From Candidatus Altimarinota bacterium (GTDB lineage: Bacteria > Patescibacteriota > Gracilibacteria > 1-14-2-50-48-13): a DNA stretch of 64,000 bases. Of this stretch, positions 41,179 to 51,677 are shown piece by piece. Within the stretch, counting starts at the first letter, position 1. Each line of letters starts with the position of its first letter. The notes under the pieces are model-generated. The model was not told the DNA's origin, did no database searches, and saw nothing but the letters and a program-made list of their open reading frames with translations. The position numbers and the translations under genes are program-made. The DNA is taken from assembly GCA_046314355.1 (NCBI GenBank), contig JBKBWQ010000001.1:416001-480000 (forward strand), given 5' to 3'.

Positions 41179-44100
41179 ATGACGAAAGTGAATACACCGT
41201 CTGGTCCAGATTCTCCCAATAATAATCCGGGTGGAGATAAAAATAAATTAGATGAAAAATCTAAGGGTTGGTCATGGAAAAAAGAAAAGAATATCAAAGA
41301 TGAAACCGGAAAAAAAGTCAATGAGACACTTAATACAAATGCAAAAGCCGAAAGGGAAAAAATATATTATGCTCTATTAAAAAAGCTAAATAATATAGAA
41401 GATTTACATGAGCTTTCCTCTTTCTACAAAACGAACTCTGCAGATACTAAATTTAGGAGCTTAACCAAAAGTCAGAAAGAGAATATATACAATGACTTTG
41501 ATACCCAAGGTATGAAGCTTATTGCTAATGAAATATCAGATATCGAGAAGCTGATTGATATAGAAAAATATATTGAAGCCGCAAATAAGAATAAAAAATT
41601 TGAAGATACCTATAATGTAGCAGTAGAGTCATTTATTTATGCCAGTACAAGAAGTCAAATTGAACGAGGAATTGGCTACAATCTTACACTCAAAATCGCA
41701 GAAGTAGCAGAAATGTTATACGAAACTGCGTTAGATATTTATCAAAATGAACCTGCTAAAGCAGAGCAGCTCTGTTATGCAGTATTGAACTTTCAAGTAG
41801 AAAACGAAGCGCTTAATATCAAAACTCAAGAATTACTTGATGAACTTGCTTCTAGAAAGAAGACTCCTATCAAAAATGAATCCAATGAATCATCTGAAAA
41901 TGATACTAAATTCGATACTCACAAATTAAAACATAAGCCATCACTTAATAACGGTGACGAAATAGGCATTGACCCTTTGAAAGAGGAAAGTAAAACCATA
42001 CCTCCAATTAATGAAGAAATTACGCCTGAGCCCTTGGAGGAAAATACGTCAGGTATACAAAATAAGAAGAACCTTAAAGAGTCATCTCTTCCTAATCCTT
42101 CAGATGACTTACCAAGTATAGAAGAAGTTAGCACTCCGGACAATGTATCTGACATTAAACAGGAGGTAGAAAACAGTAAAACGTCAAACTTCTCCGAACC
42201 TAAGTCAGAACCTATTCCTAATAATACAGAAAATGACAGCACTCCTGAAGATACTGATAAATTAGAAACTGTTGATGCTATAATTATAGAGGAAGAAGAA
42301 AAAAAGAAAGACGACTCCTCAAATGAGTCGGATACTATTGATGATGATTTCACAGAAGAAAAAGCAGAAGATATCATAATCAAGCCAGAGGATTTAGAGA
42401 AAAAAGAAGATACAGATACTCCTCCATTACCCCCGGTACCTCCAGTCCCGCCTCTACCAAAGAAAAACCCTACACCAATACCGCCACTAAAGACCCCTAA
42501 TCCTAATCCTAATCCTAATCCTAATCCTAATCCTAATCCTACCCCTACTCCTACTCCTACTCCTACTCCTACCCCTACTCCACCAGCGCCAGTTATCATT
42601 CCCGACACAAACCTAAGCCTAGTCTTTGTCGGCATCGACGAAAAGCTCGAACGTATAGCAAGAAGAGTCGCTCAGGAGCGTCTTGATCATGATATGAAGT
42701 CCAAGCGAGGTATCATAGGATTCCTCAAAAAAGCCTGGATGCGGAATGCATATCAGGGATATATTGAGCGGGATACAAAACTCTATATTGAGCGTCTCAA
42801 AAATGACCGGGAATACCGTGCAGAACTTATGGGACTCAATAGAGGTCGCGTACAGCCTATCTCAGCAGATCCGGCGAATCCTGCTATTCCAGGTTCAGAG
42901 TACCTTCTCGAGCATGAACTTAATGCAATTGCGGCACGTTTTGGTATAGCGTGGAATGAACATGAAGATAAAAGTGCCGCAGTAAAGCATGAACTGCTCA
43001 TCAATGAAACTCTTGAGGGTCAAAATGAGGAGCAAAACTATGATGGTATTCAAAGTGAAGTATCTGACATGGCGAAGAACTTTATCTCAGGAATACTTAC
43101 AGAAGAAGAGTTTAGAAAAGAATTTAATGAAAAAATTCTCCCGCAGGTGGAATTTATACAGCAGGAAGCCATAGTAGCATTTTTAGATAATAGACATCAT
43201 AACGGCACAGAGAGCCATAAGGGTTTTATAGATAGACTCAAAGAGATCAAGACACATGCAGATGGACTTAATCGAATAGATGCCAATCTTCAGCAGCAGT
43301 ACATCAATGATCTTAAAATAGATATCGCTTTAGGTAGCGCGCAGCATGTGGATGCACGTACCGATATCCGCCAGACAGGATGGGCTGATAAAGCATCCAG
43401 ATGGATCATGAGAAACATACAAAAGGTTCCTTTCTTAGGTCAGGTTGCGTCCCCTGCCTCACTCAGTGTGGCAGTATACGGAGGTATCAATATGCTTACT
43501 ACATCAAGTATAGCAACCTTTGGTAGATTAAGTGTACTGGGCGGAGCAGTTACAGGAGGTCTTATCGGAGGAATGCGGCAGAATATAGAGACATCACGTC
43601 TCAAGCAGGCGGAAGAAATAAGAAATGCTTTAAATGTTGCTCCTGAAAAAGATACTCTTGAGAAAGACAGCAGAAGCAGAAAGCTACTCGGCGGAGGCGG
43701 ATTTGAAGAAAAACTGCGCCACAACAATACTATTTACGAAAAAGAAAAAGCAGAACTGCTTATAGAAAAATTTAAAGTTCTTCTGGAAAATCCATTAGGT
43801 ATCAATAAGGATGAACTCTGGAAGCATTATGCAAAAGTATATGCTCTTCGTGAATTATCAGACTCAGGCATAGACGGTAATGGAATTGGACGCATGGACC
43901 TTATCAGCTTCAGCGATCAGAAAAATATAGAAAAGGATCGTCTCGATTTATTCCTCCTTCTCGCGAAAGCGCAGAAAGAGCTGAGAGACAATAATCCAGA
44001 TTTTCATACTCAATTTGTAAAAAAGATTTCAGATACGAAGGATCGTATTCGTCTCATGATAGAGACCAAGGATCAGAACTTTAAGAAGCTCAAATCCAAG

Positions 44101-45939
44101 GAAGTCTGGAGCGCCCGCAGGATCGGATTTGCAACAGGAGCAGCAACTTCTATACTTGGTAGTCTCTTAGCGACCGGAGTAAGCGCCGCTCATCATTGGT
44201 GGAGTCCAGAGAGCTATACATTTGATAACAATGGTCTTCACACATGGCTTACTAAAAACGGATTTTCTGAAAATGAGATCTCGCAGCATGTAAAATTTTC
44301 AAATGGAAAACTTACTGAAGACTCTCTAAAGTATCTGACGGAACAAGGCGTACCTCTTACAAAGACTACTTTTTTTACAGATCTTGGAACCCCTTCTGAC
44401 AGCGCTACTATAAAGTCACTAATGACTAAATACAGTCTTGATCCAAGCAAGTTCCAAGTTGATGCCAATGGTCATACTTCTGCATCAACCCTGCATTATC
44501 TTAAAAGTCATGGATTCTCTCTCACAGAACAAACGGTTTCTACAAATCATACATCTATAGATGTCACCGATCTAGGCTTTCAGGAAGCAGGAAAAATGCA
44601 TTTCAATCACAATCCTGGTCGTGCAGCGTTTGATGAACTGAGATTTCATTGGGATGGAGCTCCAGGAGTGCGAGATGGCAATGTGCATTTCAGAATAAAC
44701 GATATGCTCAATCCTAATCTCCATCATTCCAAACTTCCCGCTGGAGTTCATTTTCCAAAGAGCTTTGATGATATGAAATTTGCACTTCTGGTAGAAGAAG
44801 AAGGTACCAGGTACTGGAAGTTCTTCACTCCTGATGCACATGGTAAATTAAGCATTCCTGCAGAATTTTTTGATGAATCACATCTCGGATATGTAGCACG
44901 GGGAGGTCATACTTTACCTGGTCTCAAAGCATCTTCCATGCATGTCGGATTTGAAGACCAAAACGGAACATTCCAGACCCTTACCTCACTCAAAGGAGAT
45001 GGATCATATCTCTCTGATATTAATGGAGGAAATACCAATACACCAGATGCCACTACAACGAAAGTAAGTACATATACTCTTAACGCACTTCATCCTGAGA
45101 AATACTTCATAGACTACCAAGCTGAGTTTGTGCCGCCAATTACCATCTCCAAGAATATGGAGCATCTTGAATATGGTAAAACTGCCATCACCGAACCAGA
45201 TCACCTCCGATCAAATGAAGAACTTGAAGATGATTTTGTAGCTGAAGCACAAAGACAACAAAAGAAGAGAACCACTTTACTCAATCCATTCAACTGGAGA
45301 AGAGATAAAAATGCTATTGATGATGCCTTAAGAACAGAGATAGCAGACCTTTATCTTTCATTGATACAGAATAACCGGGGACAGATAAGTTATGTCGAAA
45401 ACGGTGTGAGAAAGAGTCTGCGGTACCCTGATATGACCATAGAACGTGTGATGGTCATCGTAAGACATAGTATACTGAAGAAGCTTAGACAAAAAGATAT
45501 TCATGCAACCGAAGCAGAATTAAGAGACCTATGGAGTAAAAATATTGCACATGTGAGTAATCAGGTCACTGCCATAGTACATGCTGCCTCTGACACATTA
45601 CTCAAAAATCCTACCCTGCTTCCAACAATGATCCTGCCTTTGGATCAAGCAGATGCAACAGATAAGTTTAAAAGCATTCTTCACAGTCAGAAACCTTTCC
45701 AAGCAATGATTGAAATAGAATATCTGGCAAAATACTTTAAATCAAAGGAAACAATAGATAAAACACTTGCTCTCGAGTACTTTGGTCTCAAAGGCAAAGA
45801 TACTGCTGCAATTACGGCAAGATTCACCGCATTGGAAAATGAGTTAAATAGTATTCAGATCAGAAACACCTCAGAGGAAGCAATCCTTGCATACCTAAAA
45901 GACTTTATCGCTCAGACAAAGCAGCGGGTAACTTCTTAA
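41179..45939 (+). CDS. Giant hypothetical protein (1586 aa)
   Basis: Helical N-domain, acidic disordered region, PN/PT linker, Gly-rich hydrophobic helices. Confidence 0.75.
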   Translation: MTKVNTPSGPDSPNNNPGGDKNKLDEKSKGWSWKKEKNIKDETGKKVNETLNTNAKAEREKIYYALLKKLNNIEDLHELSSFYKTNSADTKFRSLTKSQKENIYNDFDTQGMKLIANEISDIEKLIDIEKYIEAANKNKKFEDTYNVAVESFIYASTRSQIERGIGYNLTLKIAEVAEMLYETALDIYQNEPAKAEQLCYAVLNFQVENEALNIKTQELLDELASRKKTPIKNESNESSENDTKFDTHKLKHKPSLNNGDEIGIDPLKEESKTIPPINEEITPEPLEENTSGIQNKKNLKESSLPNPSDDLPSIEEVSTPDNVSDIKQEVENSKTSNFSEPKSEPIPNNTENDSTPEDTDKLETVDAIIIEEEEKKKDDSSNESDTIDDDFTEEKAEDIIIKPEDLEKKEDTDTPPLPPVPPVPPLPKKNPTPIPPLKTPNPNPNPNPNPNPNPTPTPTPTPTPTPTPPAPVIIPDTNLSLVFVGIDEKLERIARRVAQERLDHDMKSKRGIIGFLKKAWMRNAYQGYIERDTKLYIERLKNDREYRAELMGLNRGRVQPISADPANPAIPGSEYLLEHELNAIAARFGIAWNEHEDKSAAVKHELLINETLEGQNEEQNYDGIQSEVSDMAKNFISGILTEEEFRKEFNEKILPQVEFIQQEAIVAFLDNRHHNGTESHKGFIDRLKEIKTHADGLNRIDANLQQQYINDLKIDIALGSAQHVDARTDIRQTGWADKASRWIMRNIQKVPFLGQVASPASLSVAVYGGINMLTTSSIATFGRLSVLGGAVTGGLIGGMRQNIETSRLKQAEEIRNALNVAPEKDTLEKDSRSRKLLGGGGFEEKLRHNNTIYEKEKAELLIEKFKVLLENPLGINKDELWKHYAKVYALRELSDSGIDGNGIGRMDLISFSDQKNIEKDRLDLFLLLAKAQKELRDNNPDFHTQFVKKISDTKDRIRLMIETKDQNFKKLKSKEVWSARRIGFATGAATSILGSLLATGVSAAHHWWSPESYTFDNNGLHTWLTKNGFSENEISQHVKFSNGKLTEDSLKYLTEQGVPLTKTTFFTDLGTPSDSATIKSLMTKYSLDPSKFQVDANGHTSASTLHYLKSHGFSLTEQTVSTNHTSIDVTDLGFQEAGKMHFNHNPGRAAFDELRFHWDGAPGVRDGNVHFRINDMLNPNLHHSKLPAGVHFPKSFDDMKFALLVEEEGTRYWKFFTPDAHGKLSIPAEFFDESHLGYVARGGHTLPGLKASSMHVGFEDQNGTFQTLTSLKGDGSYLSDINGGNTNTPDATTTKVSTYTLNALHPEKYFIDYQAEFVPPITISKNMEHLEYGKTAITEPDHLRSNEELEDDFVAEAQRQQKKRTTLLNPFNWRRDKNAIDDALRTEIADLYLSLIQNNRGQISYVENGVRKSLRYPDMTIERVMVIVRHSILKKLRQKDIHATEAELRDLWSKNIAHVSNQVTAIVHAASDTLLKNPTLLPTMILPLDQADATDKFKSILHSQKPFQAMIEIEYLAKYFKSKETIDKTLALEYFGLKGKDTAAITARFTALENELNSIQIRNTSEEAILAYLKDFIAQTKQRVTS
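42496..42579 (+). repeat. Coding microsatellite (CCTAAT)x7 + (CCTACY)x7
   Basis: Encodes (PN)7(PT)7. Confidence 0.95.
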
Positions 45940-46032
45940 GATAATAGTTCACTCTCACTGTACAGATTAAAAAATATACCTCTTTCAAAATTTCTGTACA
46001 ATATACTCAAACATCAATAAATTACTTCTCAT

Positions 46033-46365
46033 ATGACACCAGAACTTCGCGACTTTATAGATAGTATGCTTACTCAGGCTTATGGAAATAGCCTTGATGC
46101 AGATGTACGGGAAATCATGATACAGGATCTTTATCCGCGTCTTGAGCAGACCCTATCTCTTGCAATGCTCTCCAAACTCTCACCAGATCAGCTCTCCACA
46201 GTAGAAAAGATGACAGATGAGAATATGCCTACTGAGAGTATTCAGGCCTATGTAGTGGAGCAAATACCAGATTATGCAGAGGTACTTGAAGAGGCTCTTA
46301 AAGAATTCTGGGCATTATATATAGCACCAGATAATAGTTCTGAGGATCAGCCCGCGGCAGCTTAA
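46033..46365 (+). CDS. DUF5663-like small acidic protein
   Basis: MIQDLYPRLEQ..MLSKLSPDQL..IQAYVVEQIPDYAEVLEEALKEF pattern resembles the CPR family. Confidence 0.7.
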   Translation: MTPELRDFIDSMLTQAYGNSLDADVREIMIQDLYPRLEQTLSLAMLSKLSPDQLSTVEKMTDENMPTESIQAYVVEQIPDYAEVLEEALKEFWALYIAPDNSSEDQPAAA

Positions 46366-46383
46366 GCATAAAAATGTGCATAC

Positions 46384-46419
46384 AAAAAAAGAATCCCCTA
46401 TCATATCGGGATTCTTTTT
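46384..46419. terminator. Bidirectional terminator
   Basis: aaaaaaagaatccc..gggattcttttt. Confidence 0.8.
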
Positions 46420-46432
46420 ATTTTAGTGCGTC

Positions 46433-46495
46433 TTAACGGTTGAGGAATACGAAGGCAGTGGCAAAAGTTACAAAGAGCATAGTGAGGAGATCCAT
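46433..46495 (-). CDS. 20-aa hydrophobic micro-peptide
   Basis: MDLLTMLFVTFATAFVFLNR*; pyrimidine-rich leader like other genes here; terminator immediately downstream. Confidence 0.45.
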   Translation of the reverse strand: MDLLTMLFVTFATAFVFLNR

Positions 46496-46613
46496 AGTGA
46501 GGAAAAAGATAGATAATTATTTAAAGTAACCCTAGCTAGAGGCAAATGCCTGGAGCTATATTGCAAGAGAATATCACTGTGTGCAGTGATTTGAGGAGTT
46601 TTTGATATATATT

Positions 46614-47363
46614 TTAGATTTCGACTGCCCATAAAGATTCGAAAAGTGCCTTTTGCATTTCAGCCACCTGTGGATTCTCGAGTGAAGAAGCTTGAAGTGA
46701 GCTTCCCTGCTCTGTCCAGTATCCAATGTACGGACCTGCTACGTTCATTCCTGAGGTAAATGCCATAACCTGCCGTACTGTCTTTACTTCGAAGTTTCTG
46801 GTTTTGAGGAAAACAGGATCTTCTTCCGGACTATGTACAAGTACTTTTACGATGCATCCTTCTGCTTCAAATCTTTTACCTAAAGCTTTCATCTCTCCGC
46901 TCATCTGCGCAAAGAACTGCGCATTACAGATAAAACGGATAGTTCTCTCAGTCTGAATAGCCGTCTGAATATGTGTTTCCCACATACGAAGAAGACCTTC
47001 CTGCCCTGCATAAAGAGAAAGACTAGCTGCTGGAAGCAAAGGATTCTTAAGACGCTCGAGATCACCCATGACCGCTTTCAGATGCTCCTTGCCTATCATG
47101 AGCTGCATCTCCTGCTTACTAATGTATGCAAGCAGATGCTGAGGAGTATCTACATCAAACACCTTCGTACTTCCCCGCTTCTTTTCCACTACGATCCCCT
47201 TGGAGCCAAGAGAAACAAGTAGATCATAAACAGTTGTTCTTGGAAGATCAGCTTCTTGAGCAATCTCAATAGTAGTAGCTTCTCCTCCTGTTTTCAGAAG
47301 AGCAAGATATACCTTTGTTTCCTTGATGGAAAGTCCGAGATCTTGGAGGGTTTGTTCGATCAT
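46614..47363 (-). CDS. TrmB-family HTH transcriptional regulator
   Basis: LQDLGLSIKETKVYLALL..IAQEADLPRTTVYDLLVSLGSKGIV; YAGQEG. Confidence 0.88.
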   Translation of the reverse strand: MIEQTLQDLGLSIKETKVYLALLKTGGEATTIEIAQEADLPRTTVYDLLVSLGSKGIVVEKKRGSTKVFDVDTPQHLLAYISKQEMQLMIGKEHLKAVMGDLERLKNPLLPAASLSLYAGQEGLLRMWETHIQTAIQTERTIRFICNAQFFAQMSGEMKALGKRFEAEGCIVKVLVHSPEEDPVFLKTRNFEVKTVRQVMAFTSGMNVAGPYIGYWTEQGSSLQASSLENPQVAEMQKALFESLWAVEI

Positions 47364-47371
47364 AGAATTTG

Positions 47372-47510
47372 TGTCGATTAGTTTCGTCGGATTATTTATA
47401 TCATCTTCTAAAAGTGTTTACAATACTATTTTTTAAATGACGAAAACTTTCGACAAGTTATGAACATTTTTTATTCATAACCTTTTATTTTAGCTACAGT
47501 AAACACTTTT
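47372..47510. promoter_or_regulatory. Candidate operator boxes in divergent promoter
   Basis: tgtcgattagtttcgtc (47372-47388) and gacgaaaactttcgaca (47439-47455) are inverted; aaaagtgtttac (47410-47421)/gtaaacactttt (47499-47510) is a perfect 12-bp IR. Confidence 0.55.
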
Positions 47511-47591
47511 CAACACTACAACTTATACACAGATTGACGATTGACTTTGCGGTATAAGGAGGTATACATTAGTGAAAATTTTACTATAAAT

Positions 47592-48590
47592 ATGGCACCA
47601 AAAGACGTCCCTTTGGAACCACAAAAAGACGATACTACATCAGAAAATCCTGCAAACAGTTTTCTAAAACTTTCAAGTACCCAAATAAAGGACGATCTGG
47701 AAATCGCCTACCTAAAAAAAAGAGAAGAAATTGCCAAGAATATACGTAGTGGTCTGCAAAAAAAGAAATGTGCGCTTGATATTCAGTATTCTTTACTACA
47801 TCAATACACTCAAACTGCAGAATTCATATCTTCTCTTACACACCAATATGATCTGCAAGAGTTTAATCAGGAATTTGATCTTCTTATCACACTTTTAAAA
47901 AATCAACTTCAAGGCATACAGGAAGAACTACAGACTCATTTTGAAAATTCACAGAAAAGTATACAGAATTTTCAATCTGAGCCTTATGTATTTAATACCC
48001 TCAGCGAAAGGGTCAAAATGTATATCTCGTCGGAGGAGTATGAAATTATTCTCACAACCCATCTTCGCTACCTGAACCTATACCACACTATACATCTGCC
48101 TGAGTTTCAGCATATTGAAAAGCAGATAGAAGGCTGGAGCAATTACTGCAATAAACTTTTATTAAGTCATAAGAAAGTATTGGATATTATTCTGGACGAT
48201 CACATAAAAGAGATGAGAGAATCAACACTCTCTACCCTGACAAGCATCTCCTTAGATCTAAGTATGCTGAAAAGTGAAATAACAGAGTGTAAAAAATCCC
48301 TCGAAGAAAAAAGAAATAGCCACATCATACCTAGTATTTATTTGATAACCGCAGAGGATTTCTATAACACTGCTTTAACACATCTCATCAATCAACAAAT
48401 GTTTATTCGTGGTGATATCCGTACTATTCGAGAAAAAAATCTCGATGAATTATTATCAAAATACAACTCAATGCTTACAAAATGTTTTTCATTGAGAAAT
48501 GTAGTGTCGCAATACCACACTACAGAATGTCTACATAGAAGCACCTATAGCTCTCTCAAGCAAAAAATTGATTCTATTCCAAAGTACTAG
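47592..48590 (+). CDS. Hypothetical helical protein
   Basis: Long ORF; ATG at 47592 (MAPKDV) preferred. Confidence 0.6.
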   Translation: MAPKDVPLEPQKDDTTSENPANSFLKLSSTQIKDDLEIAYLKKREEIAKNIRSGLQKKKCALDIQYSLLHQYTQTAEFISSLTHQYDLQEFNQEFDLLITLLKNQLQGIQEELQTHFENSQKSIQNFQSEPYVFNTLSERVKMYISSEEYEIILTTHLRYLNLYHTIHLPEFQHIEKQIEGWSNYCNKLLLSHKKVLDIILDDHIKEMRESTLSTLTSISLDLSMLKSEITECKKSLEEKRNSHIIPSIYLITAEDFYNTALTHLINQQMFIRGDIRTIREKNLDELLSKYNSMLTKCFSLRNVVSQYHTTECLHRSTYSSLKQKIDSIPKY

Positions 48591-49966
48591 CCTTGAATAA
48601 TATCAGTAAGCTTCTGAGTCTTCTCTTTTAAAAGTTCATCTGTCTTAGCTTCGACATTAAGTCTCAGTAAAGGCTCCGTATTGCTTGCCCGGATATTTGC
48701 CCACCAGTCTACGCTCCTATCGGAGCTATGACTGGCAGGCCAGTTGAGAGTAAGACCATCGAGGTCATTTTGTTCCAGGTCAGCAAATTCTGATTTAATT
48801 CTCTCAAGTGCTGCAGGAATATTTTCCACTTTGAAGTTAATTTCTCCTGAGGCTTTGTATGTCTCGAATTTTTTTCGTAGATCATGGAGCTTCTTCCCTT
48901 CCTGACCAATGAGATCCAGCATGATTACAGCAGCGATAAGCCCGCTATCCGCGTTCCAGTTATTGGAAAAATAATAATGACCTGAATGCTCTCCCGCAAA
49001 ACTAGCTTTATACGCCTTCATATCCTGTTTAATGAGGCTATGCCCTACTCTCACTCTCTTAGCCGTTCCACCCATATTTGTAATTGTCTCCGGAACTATA
49101 CGTCCGCAAATAGCATTATAGAGTATGGTCTGATTAGGATCTTTCTGTAGAAGAGATTTTGCAACCATAGCTGTCATAAGTGTACCTGTGAGCGTCTCAT
49201 AGTTATCATCTATCAAAAACACGCGGTCTGCATCACCATCAAAAGCCATGCCAAGATCAGCTTCCTCCTGCTCCATCTTTCCTTTGATATCTACTAGATT
49301 TTCCTCCTCCAGCGGACTTGCAGGATGGTTTGGGAAGGTACCGTCTTCCTCAAAATATAATGGTACAAGCTCAAGCTGCGGAAGTTTTTCAAAGAGCTTC
49401 TCCACCATTCTTCCCGCCATCCCATTACCTGCATCTACTACAATCTTCATAGGTTTAATATTCTTTGTATCAGCAAAAGAAAGCACATGGGTAATCCAGT
49501 CATCCATCACTTCATGAAACTTCTTAGTTCCCTGCTCTGTACCTTCTTCAATTTCGCCCCTCAGCATGAGATCTCTCATTTCAGACATCCCATTATCCAG
49601 AGAGAGCGGCTCCGCGTTTTTAAGACAAGCTTTCATACCGTTCCACTGCTTTGGATTGTGGCTTGCAGTGATCATAATACCAGCTTCATATCCATATTTT
49701 CCGCATGCAAAATACAGCATATCAGTAGAGACTCTTCCGAGTTCAATAACATCTGCCCCCTGACTCATAATTCCCCGGCTTAGCGCTTCAAATAATTCAT
49801 CTGAAGAAATTCTCATGTCCCGTCCCACAGCTACACTCTTTACATTCAAAACCTTTACAAAGGCTTTACCAAATTCAAATGCAAACTCTGCATTGATCTG
49901 ATCAGGATAAGTCCCACGGATGTCATAGGCTTTAAACATTGCATTTAGTATATCTGCTTGGAACAT
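48587..49966 (-). CDS. Phosphomannomutase/phosphoglucomutase
   Basis: FKAYDIRG, TASHNP, FDGDADR, GEHSGH, RASNTEP. Confidence 0.95.
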   Translation of the reverse strand: MFQADILNAMFKAYDIRGTYPDQINAEFAFEFGKAFVKVLNVKSVAVGRDMRISSDELFEALSRGIMSQGADVIELGRVSTDMLYFACGKYGYEAGIMITASHNPKQWNGMKACLKNAEPLSLDNGMSEMRDLMLRGEIEEGTEQGTKKFHEVMDDWITHVLSFADTKNIKPMKIVVDAGNGMAGRMVEKLFEKLPQLELVPLYFEEDGTFPNHPASPLEEENLVDIKGKMEQEEADLGMAFDGDADRVFLIDDNYETLTGTLMTAMVAKSLLQKDPNQTILYNAICGRIVPETITNMGGTAKRVRVGHSLIKQDMKAYKASFAGEHSGHYYFSNNWNADSGLIAAVIMLDLIGQEGKKLHDLRKKFETYKASGEINFKVENIPAALERIKSEFADLEQNDLDGLTLNWPASHSSDRSVDWWANIRASNTEPLLRLNVEAKTDELLKEKTQKLTDIIQG

Positions 49967-50084
49967 AGTAATTTATTCAGGAATAATACAGTAAAGATTG
50001 TAGCAGAAAAGAAAGTCTCCTCAAGAGTCTATGATAAAAAAAAGAGCCCTTTTCGGGGCTCTTGGCAATACTTTTTAAATCTTC

Positions 50085-51062
50085 TTACACTAATAACTGT
50101 TTAAATTCTTCTACCATATCCACAGGCGTAGGATCTACTCCATACTCAAACGCGAGGTAATATGACATCAGATATGCAAGAACTAGTCCATAATAGGTCT
50201 CACCAAGCCAATCTTCTCCCTTAAGTTCAAGATCAATAAAAGGAATACCCTTTGCTCCAAGTACTTTCTTCATAGTATCCATACGAAGTGTCACCCTTTC
50301 AAAATCCAGAACGCTTCTGATCAAAAGAATAGTTGGCTTCATTGCAAGATTTGTATATCCTACCATTTCATTATGGTTCATCTCCGGAAGCTCTGCAAAG
50401 AAGCTCTGAGTCTTTGCATTCTCATTGAAATGAATCTTTGTAATACGCGCAAGAGCTGCACGTCTCGGACCTCCATAGACAACTGGCACAGTACCCTTTA
50501 TAAGAGCAGCATTTTTCTTTGCTATCTGTTCAATATTTTCTATCTCCTGAGCAATAAAATCCTCAGTCTGCTTTAAAAATGCGAATTGATCCACTACCAC
50601 ATCCATTTGTTCAAGTATTCCAAGCAGTATTCCCATACCATAACCGATCGCACATCTCGGCTGAATAGCTTCGGGGACTTCAAAGTATGGCAGATCAAGC
50701 TTCTTGGCCATCTCATGAAGTTTTCCTCCGTGAGCCATAACAAGGATCTCAAAGCCGTTCTTATATGCATCTTCCAAAGCAGAAATAGTCTCCTCAGTAT
50801 TTCCTGAATAAGAACTCGCAATCACCAGTGTATCATGAGAGCTGGCACCTTCAGGCAGAAAATAATCATGACATGTCTCAAATTCAATCCCTCCTTTTAC
50901 ATAATCACGGATAAGTTCTCCCGCTAAGGCACTTCCACCCATGCCGCATAGAACAATTTTATCGAAATTACCGGAAGGAACTGCTGTACCTCTTCCCACT
51001 TCGAGACCTTTGATAAGATGAGTATGAGCTGTACGCATTTCTGAGAGCATTGCTTGAGACAT
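50085..51062 (-). CDS. Bifunctional phosphoglucose/phosphomannose isomerase
   Basis: GMGGS, SSYSGNTEET, QPR, NENAK, PEMNHNE, GVDPTPV. Confidence 0.93.
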   Translation of the reverse strand: MSQAMLSEMRTAHTHLIKGLEVGRGTAVPSGNFDKIVLCGMGGSALAGELIRDYVKGGIEFETCHDYFLPEGASSHDTLVIASSYSGNTEETISALEDAYKNGFEILVMAHGGKLHEMAKKLDLPYFEVPEAIQPRCAIGYGMGILLGILEQMDVVVDQFAFLKQTEDFIAQEIENIEQIAKKNAALIKGTVPVVYGGPRRAALARITKIHFNENAKTQSFFAELPEMNHNEMVGYTNLAMKPTILLIRSVLDFERVTLRMDTMKKVLGAKGIPFIDLELKGEDWLGETYYGLVLAYLMSYYLAFEYGVDPTPVDMVEEFKQLLV

Positions 51063-51243
51063 AATGTAGATTTTATCTATAAAACGGATGAAGTATACTG
51101 CAGGTTCATAAGCAAGACAAGAAGGTCTCTGCATAAGCAGTCGTAGACATAAATAAATATTTCAAATCAGATAAAGATAGACATTATTGACAAAATATAT
51201 TTATCGTATACTTTATGTAAAATTAAAATACAAGGAGAAGCAA

Positions 51244-51612
51244 ATGAAGAGTAATGAATTTAAAAATTTTGGGTCATATTTAAAGCATTGCAGAAGTAAT
51301 GCGAGCAATACAGTAAGAGCTGGAAAACCTATGTCTCAATGGGATCTATGCCAACTAATCCATAAAAAAGATGGTTATGTCCAGAGACTAGAAAATGGTA
51401 TAAAGTTGCCGCATGAAGATGAGCTCACAATTCTTAGCAGGCATGTTCCATTAAATATAGATATTGCTAAAGAGCTTTTAGAAAATGATAAAGTGAAGAA
51501 AAAAGTTTACGGTCAGAAACAAAAATCTTTGCTAATAAGCTTTGAATCTTTGCAGGGAGAGCAACAGAGCAAAGTTCTAGACTTTATTAAATCTTTAGAA
51601 AAAAATACATAA
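51244..51612 (+). CDS. XRE-family HTH regulator
   Basis: FGSYLKHCR..MSQWDL..YVQRLENGIKLP; AAGGAG upstream. Confidence 0.75.
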   Translation: MKSNEFKNFGSYLKHCRSNASNTVRAGKPMSQWDLCQLIHKKDGYVQRLENGIKLPHEDELTILSRHVPLNIDIAKELLENDKVKKKVYGQKQKSLLISFESLQGEQQSKVLDFIKSLEKNT

Positions 51613-51620
51613 ATTATTAC

Positions 51621-51653
51621 AAAAAGAGCCATCAAAATATGACGGCTCTTTTT
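51621..51653. terminator. Bidirectional terminator
   Basis: aaaaagagcc..ggctcttttt. Confidence 0.8.
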
Positions 51654-51677
51654 ACTAATGTCAGAAAATACCAATAT

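Noticed and set aside
41919-42635. 238-aa minus-strand GV/GL-repeat ORF
   Set aside because: Antisense shadow of the PN/PT linker of the 1586-aa gene.
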